A stretch of 61,514 bases of DNA, filler included, from Platydemus manokwari (lineage: Eukaryota): assembly GCA_037951405.1 (NCBI GenBank). It is 6 parts of 6 records of this genome, joined end to end, with 100 filler letters (N's around TTAATTAATTAA, not from the genome) between each part and the next. Parts side by side here need not be neighbours in the genome. Positions count along the whole stretch, not along the records: positions 9,966 to 19,639 come from JBBMOY011219876.1; positions 19,740 to 31,798 come from JBBMOY010324447.1; 4 more parts are not named here. The stretch is one strand, 5' to 3'. The number at the start of each line of letters is the position of its first letter. The first letter of the stretch is position 1. The position numbers and the translations under genes are program-made. Shown one piece after another: positions 13,756 through 26,504 of the stretch. The notes beneath the pieces were generated by a model. That model searched no databases. It saw nothing but the letters and a program-made list of their open reading frames with translations, and was not told the DNA's origin.

Positions 13756-16308
13756 ATGTTATTACAAACTATAGCAATAGATTAATTTAAGTATTAATTT
13801 AAGCAACTAGCAGATAAATAATAAAACATCAAGTAAATAATGAATGGCGTATGGCATAGATGGCTAGACTAGTGTCTCTATAAACATGGAGGTTGGGCAC
13901 CAAAAGCGATTTCTTACCGAATTTTAAAAGACCAAAAGAGTAGTGATAGCCGTGGCTCTATAGTTAATAAAAATATCAACAAAAAATTTACTCATGACAT
14001 CTTTGGAAAATATATTCAGATCAATAATAAAGATCAATAATAAATCAGAATTTCAAATGAAATCAAAATGATTCACAATAATAATAATGTTTCTATAAAT
14101 AAGCTTCTCGAATTGCAATAAAAAAACTTGTAATGAAATTTCTCAGTGCAGTTTCGTTCAATTAAAATGAGTGCGAGGACTAACTGATCTCTCTCGCGTA
14201 CATATCGTTTCTGTGGATTATTAAGCCCTTTTGTCTGCATTGCAACACTTGTTCTTATTTTTAGTAACGTTTACACGTCAGTACTAAATTTAGAATCAAC
14301 CTAAAATTTTTGTCGACAAACTTTTCTTAATTAAGGCACCATTTTTAGCACTGAGGTAGTTACTAAAATTAGATTATGATTATATTTTTTCATATCTTTG
14401 AGCAAGGTAAAACCATTTTTCATTCGATATATTTAAACACGTTACTTATTTTTTAATACCTTTTTGTGAGAAATATTTTTCCCGTTATAGAAAAATTAAT
14501 TATTTTATTTTGGGAAATTTTTTAGTGTTTATTTGTGTAAAATAAATTTAATAATGAATTTTAGCATTTTCGTGGTAATTTAATCTTGTATGTGCCCCAC
14601 AATATTTATAAAACGAACAATCTGAAAGCGTGATTTCATATAAAATGCGTGCGCATATTAGTCTGGATGTCTGAATGACTAGGGCATGAATGACAATGTC
14701 ATCTCTATAAACATAAGACGAGCAACGGAAATGCATTTTTGAAAATTAATGCAAAATATGTTTTAGAGTAAGATACAGTTCTCGTTTTCATCTTTACCTG
14801 GAAACAACTTGAGCTCGAGTGGCTCGTGCAGCCTTATTGAAATCAATGCTCTAAGATCTTGATTATGTTAAAAGATGTGTATTGAGTCTCTCTAATCTGG
14901 GTGGATTGTAATGTTGTTGTATAATAATTCCCATTCGATTAAAGATTCATCACCGAAAAAGTAAAATATAATAAGCAATCACTAATTGTAATGAGATTCA
15001 TATCTATATAGAGTCTAATAAGGTTAAAAATGTTATTAATTTAATGATACTGAATCAATAAATAAAATTTATAAGACCGACAATCAGTTAGTATTATATT
15101 TTCTTACTGACATTGGAATAAGTCTATTAAATATTTGGAGATCAAGGAAACGAAGCGCCTAACTTAAATTGTTTCAATAAATGAAGAAAATGTCTAAATT
15201 TAATATTTCATTGGCCTGATTTTGTTTAACTACACCGCAAATGCTAGCTGCCATTGTTAAATCGAATAATTCTATAACATATTGACAAATTTAAAATTCT
15301 GGTGACTCTATTGTGAATCAATATTGTCTTAATGTATGAGAAAAAGAAATATTAAAGACTGACTGAAGGCCACTATTAAGGCCATCGAAACAAAGGCTAT
15401 CTTGATTTCAAAGATTTAATTCATCTTATTCACCAAATTTTATTATATAATCAATGGGAAATATGATAAAACAATTTTTGGAGAAAATGTCGACTAATTT
15501 CCCATTAATTGTGTCATCCCGGTGGTTTGATGCGAATTTTATAGACCAATCTGCGCTGTTTATTGTATATTAATAGTTTTTATCTGATTCTCCATCAATC
15601 ATTGTGGCGCTCATTTCATTTCAATGTTGTTCATTAACATGAATCTATTATCTGATTATCTAATGAAATTATCGGACAATTTTAGTTTAAGATTTAGTAA
15701 ATGATTCCAACATATCAGGTGACAATTTACTATAAATCAATAAAATTCATCATCAACTCATAAAAATAATTCGTCTTTATATTTCACTGTTTTAGAATAT
15801 CATGGCATTTTAATCTTAATTCTTTTGAAAATTATCGTCTAATCCTTTCATTTATGTTGCATGTGTGAGTATGTATGTCAACGACTGTTTTGACAAACAC
15901 ACACCAACACGAAAAACAATTTATTTGGCATTATCGATTGGCCGTTATTTATCTAATAATGGTGTATCTGAAATAGTCATTTTAATTAATGAGAGTGAAA
16001 ATGTTTTTGTTGAGTACCGATGTCGATTATTAAATGAACGCTGTACCTTTGTCATAAAATAAATCCATTAAAACTTTTGAGAATAATATTCATTGTTGAT
16101 CAAAAAGTATTGCTTTTCCGAGGAAAACAATGACAGAATTGAAGAGAAAGCAATTAACAATACCACGAGAATTGCAATAATTTTCCATTTGCATTACAAA
16201 TAATTGATGTGCTTTTAATCATATATTGAAGAAAATCGAAAATTATACATTAAATTCAATAAAACATCGAGCAAAGTTTTGATTGTTCTAATAGCAATTT
16301 CAAACATA

Positions 16309-18193
16309 TTAATTCATAGAAATTGAAGATGATTTCGATTTTATAATATCACCAATCCAGTATATAAATATTTCAAGAACTTCTGCCAGAAACGTAAATG
16401 TTAGACCTGTAAAGAATGCGCATATACCTCCCAATTGACTTAAAAGTGTATTGATTTCTACAACTAAACTTTCGGAATTGATTTTCATTTTTGATCGTAT
16501 ATCGACCTTGATGTTTATCTGCGAACACTCTCTTCGAGAATCAAATAAATATTTGAATACCTCATTCGAAACATTTAGTGAGTCTTGATCGATTAGAAGA
16601 TTCCTTAAAGTATTATCGGGATTGTCAACAGATTTCTTTCTCCCAAGATTAATCGTTGATTTGCAGGTTTTATTGGAAATACTTTCGAATATTAATTGCA
16701 TCATGCAGTCTGCCATATTAGAGCAAAGATCTGAATTCTCATCACAGTTCCTCGCTTGGTAAAGTATAGAATCCATTTTTTCACTGAAGATTGATGAATA
16801 AAATGGTCTAATTTTATGTAAAACATTATAATCTGTTTTGATGCAAGATGGTAAGCACGTTGATGTAGATGTTAAAGAATGGCCTTTGGTCAATACACCA
16901 TCAGAGCAACTCTGTAGAATCTCATTATCATTACACAGACTCAATGATGGATTAAAAGATTCGTTATTTGGAAGATGGTCAAAGAAACATTGGCAAGTTT
17001 TCCATACGTTTTGCTGAGTTATTAAATATTCGCAAAGTGTTTCTCGGGTGGTTTTAAATGATACACCATAACTGTTCTCAACGGATTCAACAATTCTGCA
17101 CGATGAACTTCCAACACCAGCGTAATAAATTTGTTCTTCGGTTTTTTCAACAATATATTGGTTGATATATTGGCAATTTAGTGGGACTTCGAAATTAAAA
17201 TCAAAAGGGAAATCATTAATTTGGTGGATATAGACTCTCGACGTCTGATAGCCATCATAATCTGTAGTATCAGCTGCATACTCGTCCATCTTCAACGTTT
17301 CTATTATGGAATCGTTTGGTTTAGAAGCTAGATTTAGAGAGATATCCATTTTGATTTTGTTTGGTTTTGTAATTGTATCATTTAAAGGTACCTACAAAAA
17401 TGGTTTTAATAATTTCGAGTGAAAATTATTATTATTATTATCATTATTATTATTATTATCATTATTATTATTATTATCATTATTATTATTATTTATTGTT
17501 ATTATCATAACTATTACTAATATTATTATTATTACTATTACTTTTGTCATTATTATTTTGATTAATACCATGTTTATTATTATTGCTTACACTGAACGCC
17601 AGACAATTCAAGTAAAGTGGATTAAAGATTGGTGTCACGTTACAAGATTGTTTCGTACGTCTATTATCATTTCGTCCCTCAAAAATTGAAATCGTACAGT
17701 TCTTTGTCAATGAATTGGCTAAAAATAACGTTCTATTCTTTATCACATGAAAATATTCCTGAAAAAACACTGGGGTCGTCATTTGATATCTAACCGTATG
17801 TATAACTTTATCATAATCTTTATTTGTCATATGATTGGATACTTTGGACATAACCTTTTTACTATATTCATTCAAATAATGATATGGGCTTGGATTTTCT
17901 TTGATTGGAAAATCAAAGAAAAGTTTCGAACAAATTGTGACTTGTGGAAAATCATTATAGCTTACGATTTTACTACTTATTTTCATCGTTCTATCAAATC
18001 GAAAATAACGACTGATCAGCATGATATTCAATGCCAACATAAAAATGAAAGAACAAACTACAAAACAAATCCAAAACCATTTGATGGAAAGAAGGTTTGA
18101 ATTTTCAATTTTCGGTATTCCGCGAATTGAAGTTCTTTGACAAAATAGTTTTGAGTATCTACATGCAGTCTTTTTTGGAGAATTAGATTTCAT
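16309..18193 (-). CDS. DEG/ENaC family ion channel subunit; exons 18193-17591 and 17391-16309 (~561 aa)
   Basis: FCQRTSIRGIPKI pre-TM1, TM1, FPQVTICS, Cys-rich ectodomain with CLPSC, TM2 LLSQLGGICAFFTGLTFTFLAE. A phase-0 intron 17590-17392 (GTAAGC...TTTTGTAG) joins the two ORFs in frame as CLAFS|VPLND. Confidence 0.9.
17427..17585. repeat. (ATT/ATC)n microsatellite inside the DEG/ENaC intron
   Basis: Visible trinucleotide repeat. It accounts for the Asn-rich tail of ORF 17489-18193. Confidence 0.9.
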
Positions 18194-19008
18194 TATTCTG
18201 CAATTCTATTCTGAAATATTATAATGAATAATTCTCAATATATTACATCGAAATAAATAGCTTTTCAAAGATTTTCATTGGCGCAATTTGAGCCATTGAA
18301 GATTTGAATGACTTTTAAAAACAAAAAATACTTTCTTCTAAAAGGCTTTATATTGTAAACAGATCTTTAATAATAAATTTTACTGAAAAAATATCGTGAA
18401 ATTCTAATTCTAAGTTCTATATTAATGAAATATTTTATTCATTGCTAGTCTGTCATTGTCATTGGATCAAGAAACCAAAGATTATGCAAATAATTATCAG
18501 GAGATAAGTGAATAAAAATAAATGACTAACCTTAAATATTTAAAAATAAAGATACACCAAAAGCATTGCAATTAAATTGAGAAACTCCTCTAAAGTCGAC
18601 TGTAATTTGCACGAAATTATAAATTTGAAGTAATTATAAGGGTTTTGAAATCACTAAATCATTTAAAAATTTAAGCTTCATTAATCAGCTAGTTGAAATC
18701 AACATCCTTATCTTTAAATAGAAATTACTCATAAATAATTGGTTAGAGTATCATTATAATATTTTTTTTACAATCAATTGAGTAAGATATTAAGAAAGAA
18801 TTTTATTCTGAATGAATTATAAAATTTTCAAAATAAGATCAACTAAACATATTTATCTAAAACATTTCAATCCCATTTTAATTGTTAATTATAAAATCTG
18901 TTATTAGATTTCTTTTAGAAAACTAATTAGTGATGAGTTTTTTTTCTCATTTTTTGAGTTTTAATTATTCACGATGACATCCACTTGTTTAAAATAATCA
19001 TCTTTAAA

Positions 19009-19371
19009 ATGGATTTTTTTGCTAATGTATTTGGCGCCTCAAAAAGATGTAAAAAGAAGCATAAATGCATAGATTCCGAGGAGGATTTGGAAGCGGCTAT
19101 TACCGTATAAGCAAATTTTGTCCTTTGTAAATTAATATATTTCAGGGTGACTATTCTTACTTGGGCGCTGTACCGTGGGATCCTAGATACGCTGGTGTGG
19201 ATCAAATGAGGTATTTGAAAGAAATGTTTGTCTCATCTAATAAATTATTTTTACAGAAGTTGTTTCGAACACTTTTGGGACTATCATCGATGTATTCGAA
19301 AATATGGTGATAGTGAACCTCGATGCAATTATTTTTCTTTTGTCTACGATAACATGTGTCCAACAGATTTG
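19009..19371 (+). CDS. COX6B: Cytochrome c oxidase subunit 6B-like; exons 19009-19104, 19146-19210, 19257-19371; last exon lost at contig end
   Basis: Spliced product ...AVPWDPRYAGVDQMRSCFEHFWDYHRCIRKYGDSEPRCNYFSFVYDNMCPTDL has the PxDxRF-like motif and the CX9C...CX10C pattern of COX6B/Cox12. GT-AG introns of 41 and 46 nt. Confidence 0.85.
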
Positions 19372-19639
19372 GTAATTACTATTGTTTATTTTCTTTCAGT
19401 AAATTTGTCTAATGAATTACTTTTGTTTGATTTAAAATGATTTATATTTATAAACTGATAAAATCTAAAGAATATTAGCAATAATTTTATTTCTCAACTT
19501 AAAATATCTTTTATAATTTTAAAAAAATGTGAAAAGTGATAATTTGATGAAATAGTTTTGTTGTGGTGATGTCGATGACTCGAATTAGCTACAATAAATT
19601 GTTGAGAATTTGAATGGTAAATGGGTAAGGCAGCTAAAA

Positions 19640-19739
19640 NNNNNNNNNNNNNNNNNNNNNNNNNNNNNNNNNNNNNNNNNNNNTTAATTAATTAANNNNN
19701 NNNNNNNNNNNNNNNNNNNNNNNNNNNNNNNNNNNNNNN
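19640..19739. other. Artificial contig spacer
   Basis: 44 N + TTAATTAATTAA + 44 N. Confidence 0.97.
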
Positions 19740-19751
19740 ACTCTATTTGTA

Positions 19752-19787
<36 letters not shown>

Positions 19788-20059
19788 TTAATAACGATAA
19801 GCATAAAAATAATGACAATTTATCGATTATTCAAGAATAAAAATCAAATTAAAGTTCAAATAAACCATTTCATCAATATTTATATGTTAATTGATCACAA
19901 CACAATGGTAAGACAATATTCTGCTTTTACTTTTTATTCTGTGTACGTAAATGATAGTAAACACATAATGTTAATGATGATCGATGGTATTGAATAAAAT
20001 ATTAATTACGTTAAAAATAATCATCGATGTGAGAATTTCTAATAATTTGAAATTTTAAA

Positions 20060-20350
20060 CATTTTATAATCAAATCTTTATAAAATATTTATTTGTGTGA
20101 ATAATTGGAATTAAAATATGATTTATTGTCGTCATTTTTCAGTTCGTTTTCAATGCGTGTTTTATTAAATAGTCAGAGCTAACACGGCGACCATGTTATT
20201 GGATTCGATTCTGAAAATGTCATTGGCATGGAAGTACTGAAGAGAAGGACTGATATATAGGAGAGATGTAGAGAAGGAGAAAATAAAGATATTAAGAAAA
20301 TATAACGAAGATATAAATTAGAGAAGAAATAGAAATTTTTATATAGATTT
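20060..20350 (-). repeat. Inverted copy of the dispersed repeat seen at 11352 and 47130
   Basis: TTTTCAGTTCGTTTTCAATGCGTGTTTTATTAAATAG is the reverse complement of the core and is followed by a purine-rich tract. Confidence 0.7.
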
Positions 20351-20479
20351 CAATTTTTTGAATTTTTTAAATTTATTTATGATATATTTATTTATTATTG
20401 GAATTTATATTGATTTTAAATGTAACACACGATAATTTATAAATAATTATAAATTTATTGAAAAGCTACTCTAATTTCG

Positions 20480-21200
20480 ATAATATGTGTGGAAATAATG
20501 ATGGTTCTGAGGTTTCTTATACCTGTCTATCCGAAACAGGAAACAGCTGTTGTAAATTTGTTGTCTTTGATTTATTTTTTATCCAATTTAATTTTAAACG
20601 ATAGATACAATATAAAATATATGGGAATTCACATAGATATCAGCGAATAACTTTGTCTCAACCACATCATTCATTGGTTGTAGGTGATACTCTTTGTATA
20701 AAATCATTAAGAAAAAATCGATAGGATGAAGATGAGATTGTTCAGATGAAGTTGTTAAGAATGATTTTGAGCAGAATAATGATTTGAAAATTTTAGATCG
20801 ACATGAATTCACTGAAATCAATTATAATGAAATATTAAAAACATTTGTTAAATATATTAGGAATTTGTATGCCCGTTACCATATTTTTAGGTTGAAATGA
20901 AATAGAATTGGATTCAAATGTTCGAGATCATTGGAATTTAGTGCATTAATTCTCTAATTAAAACTGAATCTCGACTTATAGAAATACAATTTGAATCCAA
21001 TTTCACAAAATTTTTTAGAAAGTTAAATTTTGCGGCACTTAAATCTCTACAGAAAGCAACAGAATCTGTGAATTTGAATGCTGAAATATTAAGTCGAAAT
21101 GACCCAACATTACTAACGGCGAATACATTGATTGTGTTGACGAGATGAAAACCTATTGATTTTAATAGTAAAATTACATAGAAATTTTCGAAATTTTTTA
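20480..21200 (+). mobile_element. Decayed hAT-superfamily transposase
   Basis: Collinear remnants: NDGSEV (DGA-like), LCLNHIIH/VVGD at 20651 (CxxHxxxL motif), ELDSNVRDHWN (TRWNS-like) and AEILSRNDPTLLTAN. Frameshifts and stops throughout. Confidence 0.55.
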
Positions 21201-22599
21201 TGGAAAAAATGAACGAATTTGTTAAAAATATTTAAAAATATATGGAAACTACCATCCAGGGGTTTAATTTCGTTAGCTAGATTTTCTAAAGTTAATGAAA
21301 AAATATAAGAATAAATATATCTAGAGGAAATATTAAATTATAAATATTCGTCAAATAAATTTCTATTGGGATATCGAAGTAATAGATTTATTGTTTTGGG
21401 AATTTTGTTGACATTTTTCTTGAAACAGAAAAAAACACTGTTGGTAGTTGTTTTAGAGAAATTAAAATCAGCTTTTTAAAAAAAAACAAAAAAATTTCAA
21501 AAAAAAAGAAAATAAAAAAATAAGAAAAATTCAGAAACCATAGTTGCAGTGTTAAATCTGTCTGTGAAATGGTGTGACAGAAGTCAAGTTTTGTTTCACA
21601 TTTGGTTTTGCTGTTTATTCTTCTTTGTAGTTAACTGATGCATTAATTTTAAATGGGGGAATTCAGAGGTTGTTTTGCATAAATTGTTTCAAAAATAATA
21701 ATAAATTATAATGATAATATTTTTAAAAGAAAATCGGATAAGAGAAACACGCTATACTATTTCTGATCATCAGTAGTTATTTTACCAAGTATTTTCCAAA
21801 ACCAATGAATCATGTTGAGTTCATGAATAATCGATAAAAAATGATTAACAGATTCAATCATCAATGTCAGAATAAAGAGATGAATCGGATGATAAAACTC
21901 ATAATTTTTTGCCTCATTCAAAAAGATTAGATCAGCTCAGAATCAACCGATTATTTCGTTGGTTATTTTTGATGACAGTCATTGTATGAGTGAATCGAAT
22001 AGAGAATATCGAAACTTTTTCATCATTTCATCAGAACATTTAATTTATTGGTATTATATTAAAACAAATTTGAACAAATATATATTCTAAACAGATTTTT
22101 ATTTTTCTGTTCGTTTATAAAATTTCTGATGATTCGTAAAATGATTTTAATGCTTATCGGTGTTTAAAAATACCATCAATATTTTCTATCGAAACTATAA
22201 GGATTTACTGATGGAAGTATGTAAAAGTTTCTGATTAAAACAACTTTTTGATCTACTAGAAATAAATCATCGATTTACAGTGTTTAATAATTTCATAACC
22301 AGCTTTACACAATTATCATAACAGAATTTTGTAGCTATCTCATGGAATAATAAATCAATAAATAAATATAAAAGTTTTTTCCTTAAAATAAATTATTATT
22401 TCGTTGGGAATATATTGATTGTAACCTAATAATTTTTTTCTAGAAACAATGATTGATTCAATAATCAATAATATATATATTGGATTTGTTGCAAAATGTC
22501 ATTTATCAGAAATGATTATGAATAAAAGCTTTTTGAATAAAACCTAAAATTTTATCAATGTTGGTATTCTGTATTTGATGAATCACATCCAAATCTTAA

Positions 22600-23400
22600 A
22601 TTGTCTCACATCGGCACAATTGTTTCAAATTAGATATTTTCTCTCCAACGTTTCATTAAAATACGATTTCAAAATCATAATTGTAAAATAAAAAGTTCAT
22701 ACAAGGTCAATCAGATCGTCAACACACAACACTCAAGCATCACACATCAAAGTTACTCAAAGAAACAAAAGTGTCAAAGTCAAATATCAAATCACAATGA
22801 GTCTGGCGACCGAAAGATAAAAATAACGACAAAAATTACCGACTATAAAAACTGGCAGAAGGACAGTTTAATAAAACATATTGTTTATGTTCGTTATTCC
22901 ATATAAATGAAGAATTTTTTGTCAACTAATATCGATTGAGTCACTGAAAAACAAATAAATTCAATTTAAAAAAAGTAGACAATCGGAAATGGTAATTCAT
23001 TAAATAGAAATATTATTCTATCACAATTAATAACGTCACGACAAAATGGAAAAAATTGTTCATTAAGCTAATCATTATATATCACTATGGTTTCGTGTTT
23101 GGTTATTTTTTATTATCTATAGAACTTGAATTATTTCGTTCGAATTCGTAGGTACCAATAATGATTTTATGTAAATTATTTCAAGATGACTGCCGATAGT
23201 AGCAAAGATTTTGTTAAATAGTTATCAATGCCATTCACAATCCCATCGGACCAATTTATCAGCATCAAATTCATTTGCCGAGGTACTAGTGATGGAATTA
23301 AATTACCATTTTTGACATCTCGCTCTCAGTTTCGGCTTAAATGGTTTAAATAATTCCAAAGCTTAATTTGTCTGTAAATTTAATTGTTACTAGTTTTGAT
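22600..23400 (-). pseudogene. Decayed 3' half of the innexin gene
   Basis: Collinear degenerate remnants: GNLIPSL..NLMLIN (~23307, TM3-like), FFPF..VINCD (~23050, FPRVTxCD-like), DKKFFIY (~22915, NEKIFI-like) and NVGEKI..IVPM*D (~22650). Stops and frameshifts between them. Confidence 0.45.
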
Positions 23401-23574
23401 TCTAAGAATATGCTCCAAACCACTTTAACCATGCTTCAGACATTTCAAGTTTTATTACAGTATAATGACATACAATTTTGATCAATAATGACATAAAACT
23501 ATATTATAATGGTATCGATTTTAAGTAATAGAAATTTATGGCAGCAAATCACTAAAAAATATTTAAAATTATTG

Positions 23575-23994
23575 TCATACCTTCGATCGATATCTTGTAA
23601 TTGCGAAGCACCATATGAAGTATGGTATCATATACAGTGTTGCTTGTCCCATTAAAATGAAAGGTATCCATTGATAATAATGTAACGTGTTCTTTCTGAT
23701 TATGTAAAATGGTATATTCTCATCCAATCTGACGTAATAAGTGCTCATCACCCAACAAACATGTTCAGCATATGAAACTTGAGAATCCGAAAATTCTGTA
23801 GGTAACCAGCAAGTGATTGGTTTTCCAATGAGTTGTCTAGTAAACATGAAAGTAACGCAAATTCCAATGAGTGTCGTAGTATAAACATGATTGAGTCTAT
23901 CAATGGAATCATCATCATAATGGCAAACTTTTGTTGAAATGAGAGATTTATCGAGAATATATTTGCCTAACAAAGCAACGATGGATTCTTCCAT
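23575..23994 (-). CDS. inx: Innexin, N-terminal half only (TM1-EL1-TM2, 139 aa)
   Basis: DDDSIDRLN, GKPITCWLPTEF, YAEHVCWVMSTYY and the innexin signature YYQWIPFILMGQA are all present. Possible donor AAG|GTATGA at 23580. Confidence 0.88.
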   Translation of the reverse strand: MEESIVALLGKYILDKSLISTKVCHYDDDSIDRLNHVYTTTLIGICVTFMFTRQLIGKPITCWLPTEFSDSQVSYAEHVCWVMSTYYVRLDENIPFYIIRKNTLHYYQWIPFILMGQATLYMIPYFIWCFAITRYRSKV

Positions 23995-26504
23995 TTTCTT
24001 ATAAATGTTTTATCGATATCAATATTATTCCCAATGGATGTACGAATTAGTCCATCGATTGATTAAAATATTTTCCTTCTGTATTAAGAGAGATTTTCGA
24101 AGAAGTAGCCAATGATATTGAAGTCAGGTAGTGCATTGAGTTATTTTCACACACGCGCACATACACATTGACTAAATGTGTAGTCAGAAATTTTTTAGAC
24201 TGTTCTAAGCAATTTCATAATTTATTAAGTGGGAAATATAAGAGAATAGAATATATTCTCTAATAGGAACTCGTTATAAATGATTTATAACAAATAAATA
24301 TTGTTATTATAATACGTTTGCGACTTTAAATGAAATGGAAGTGTAATAATAATTATTATTATTAAAATGTTTCCATTTAATAATAAAGAATTGTAATGAA
24401 TAAAAAAATATTTTGGGAACTGATTCGAAAGTTCTTACACTTCCTTCTGGCAAAGCATTCCTCAACTATAAAGTTAGAAATTAAATATGTTCAGAAAATA
24501 TGTCTTTTGACCTTTCCGCCTCGAAGATAAGCTTGAATATTTCAGTTCAAGTAAGAAAATCAACAATTACATAAAGTTATAATAATATAACATGTTTGAA
24601 AGAATTGAGTGAAAACCTATGTGAATAATGCGGCCGAATCTCCTTTTCTTTGACTAATAACCCTGATTATAAATGTCTTTCCCAACACTGATTGTTGTAA
24701 GAGATTCCACGAAATTTAAAATTCTTAATATTTTTCTTCATACTCTTTTCATCCAAGCTATTTTACTTTTGTTTTCTTTATGTTGTGGTGAATTACTAGG
24801 TACAATCAACCAAAAAATCTGATGAAACCATAGATACAACATTCAAAATGAATAGATAGGCGTGCCAGTAGCCAATCAGATACCACCAAATCATTACTGT
24901 CTACACCAGGTATAAATTATTTATCTGGTACATAATTTATTTTCTTACCAATGTTGAGTATGCCTTAGAACCATGCAAAATAACCACGGAAACTATGAAA
25001 AAGGGGCCAAAACACACAGATCCGATAAGCGTGCGTGTATGTGTATGGAACTCGACAATCTATTTGATCACATCAGCAGCAGGCAACAAACACCGATATA
25101 CACCAATGACACGAGAGATACAAGAAAATTTGCTAATAAACCTACATAGGAACGGTCTTACCAAATAAAAGTAAAACATTGAGACATTAAGTGAACGCAT
25201 ATCATAAGCATATAGAAGGAGTTGGATCTCGCGAGCATCGATCAGTCTTTATTGGTCGGTGACTATTATTTGTCTTGACTTTTATGTGATTTTTAGAGAC
25301 CAGCTTTCATGGTCAAATCATCAAAAAGAGAAAATCACAAATACTTATTTCTCGGGGAATTTATACTCAAATTTAACAATGGAAATATTGTGATGAATTA
25401 AATATTGCTTAAGATTATCAGAAATTTTTTCTTGTATGTCATGACATGCAATAAAAATTTTCATGCCAAAATTTGAATAAAATTTTCGAAATTATCAATT
25501 TTTACATACAAGTCATGTTTCTTTCGAATAATCTTGGTAAATGGATATTTATATGTTGTATGAAACTAAAAAAAATATGAAGTTTGGAATGACTAAATTT
25601 GGATTACACGGTAAGTTATAAAATATCAATTTGTGTCATCTTCTATCAAAATTTAAAGTCCTTCTATTCACATGATAGATCACAAGGTAAAGGATGATTT
25701 GTCAATGAATACGAACTCTAAAATCTTTCAATTTTAACCAAGTTTTCATGATTCTCTTTCCGAAATAGTTTCCTTATTTTTGAGGCTAATAATTCATCTG
25801 ACAAATTAAATTGACTTCCCAAAAAATAACAATTTCTTATTGGAAATATTTCTCACAAGTGTCATAATAATTGTCAAATCATAATTCTTTGGAAATATTT
25901 TCAAAATTTTTCCAAGAAAAAAGTAAGATATCATGTTTTCTATTTTTATTTAAATAGTTTGAAGAGACATATTTTAGAAAGTTTGGGAGCCATTATTGAA
26001 AGTATTCATCATAAATTTCTTAAAAACATTTTCTCTCAGTCTTATTAAGTTCTTATATAAGACATTAGAACCGTAACTAGCAAACACATTGCAAACGCGT
26101 ATTATTTTATATAAAAATTACAGAATGTCATACATATGTTCTTGTATATAATTAATGGGTTATTTTATTTACCAACTAGCAAGCCATACAAATACACAAG
26201 TACATGTGTCTAGTATTTGAATATCACCAGACCTGTATTTGCAGTTTAAATTTAATTGAAAAGTAATAATATTAATAATTTTATAATTCTTACAATTGTC
26301 GTATTTTATCTACTTAGCTTTACAACTTTTATTATGAAAATTACATGTTAAAGCTAAACAAGGAGAAATATTTGAGATTTAAAGAATTTTATCAAGAAAT
26401 GTAAGAATTTGGATAAAGCTATTTGGATAAATATGTTTCAGTGACAATCACAAATTATATTATCAATTATTTTTTATTTTATTGATAATTTAAATTTCAT
26501 TAAA

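Noticed and set aside
17747-18100. 117-aa plus-strand ORF
   Set aside because: Antisense shadow of DEG/ENaC exon 1 with no independent motifs.
23549-23580. Innexin intron 23580-23552 splicing directly onto TGA
   Set aside because: At 29 nt it is well below the ~40-nt minimum of the intact genes in this window.
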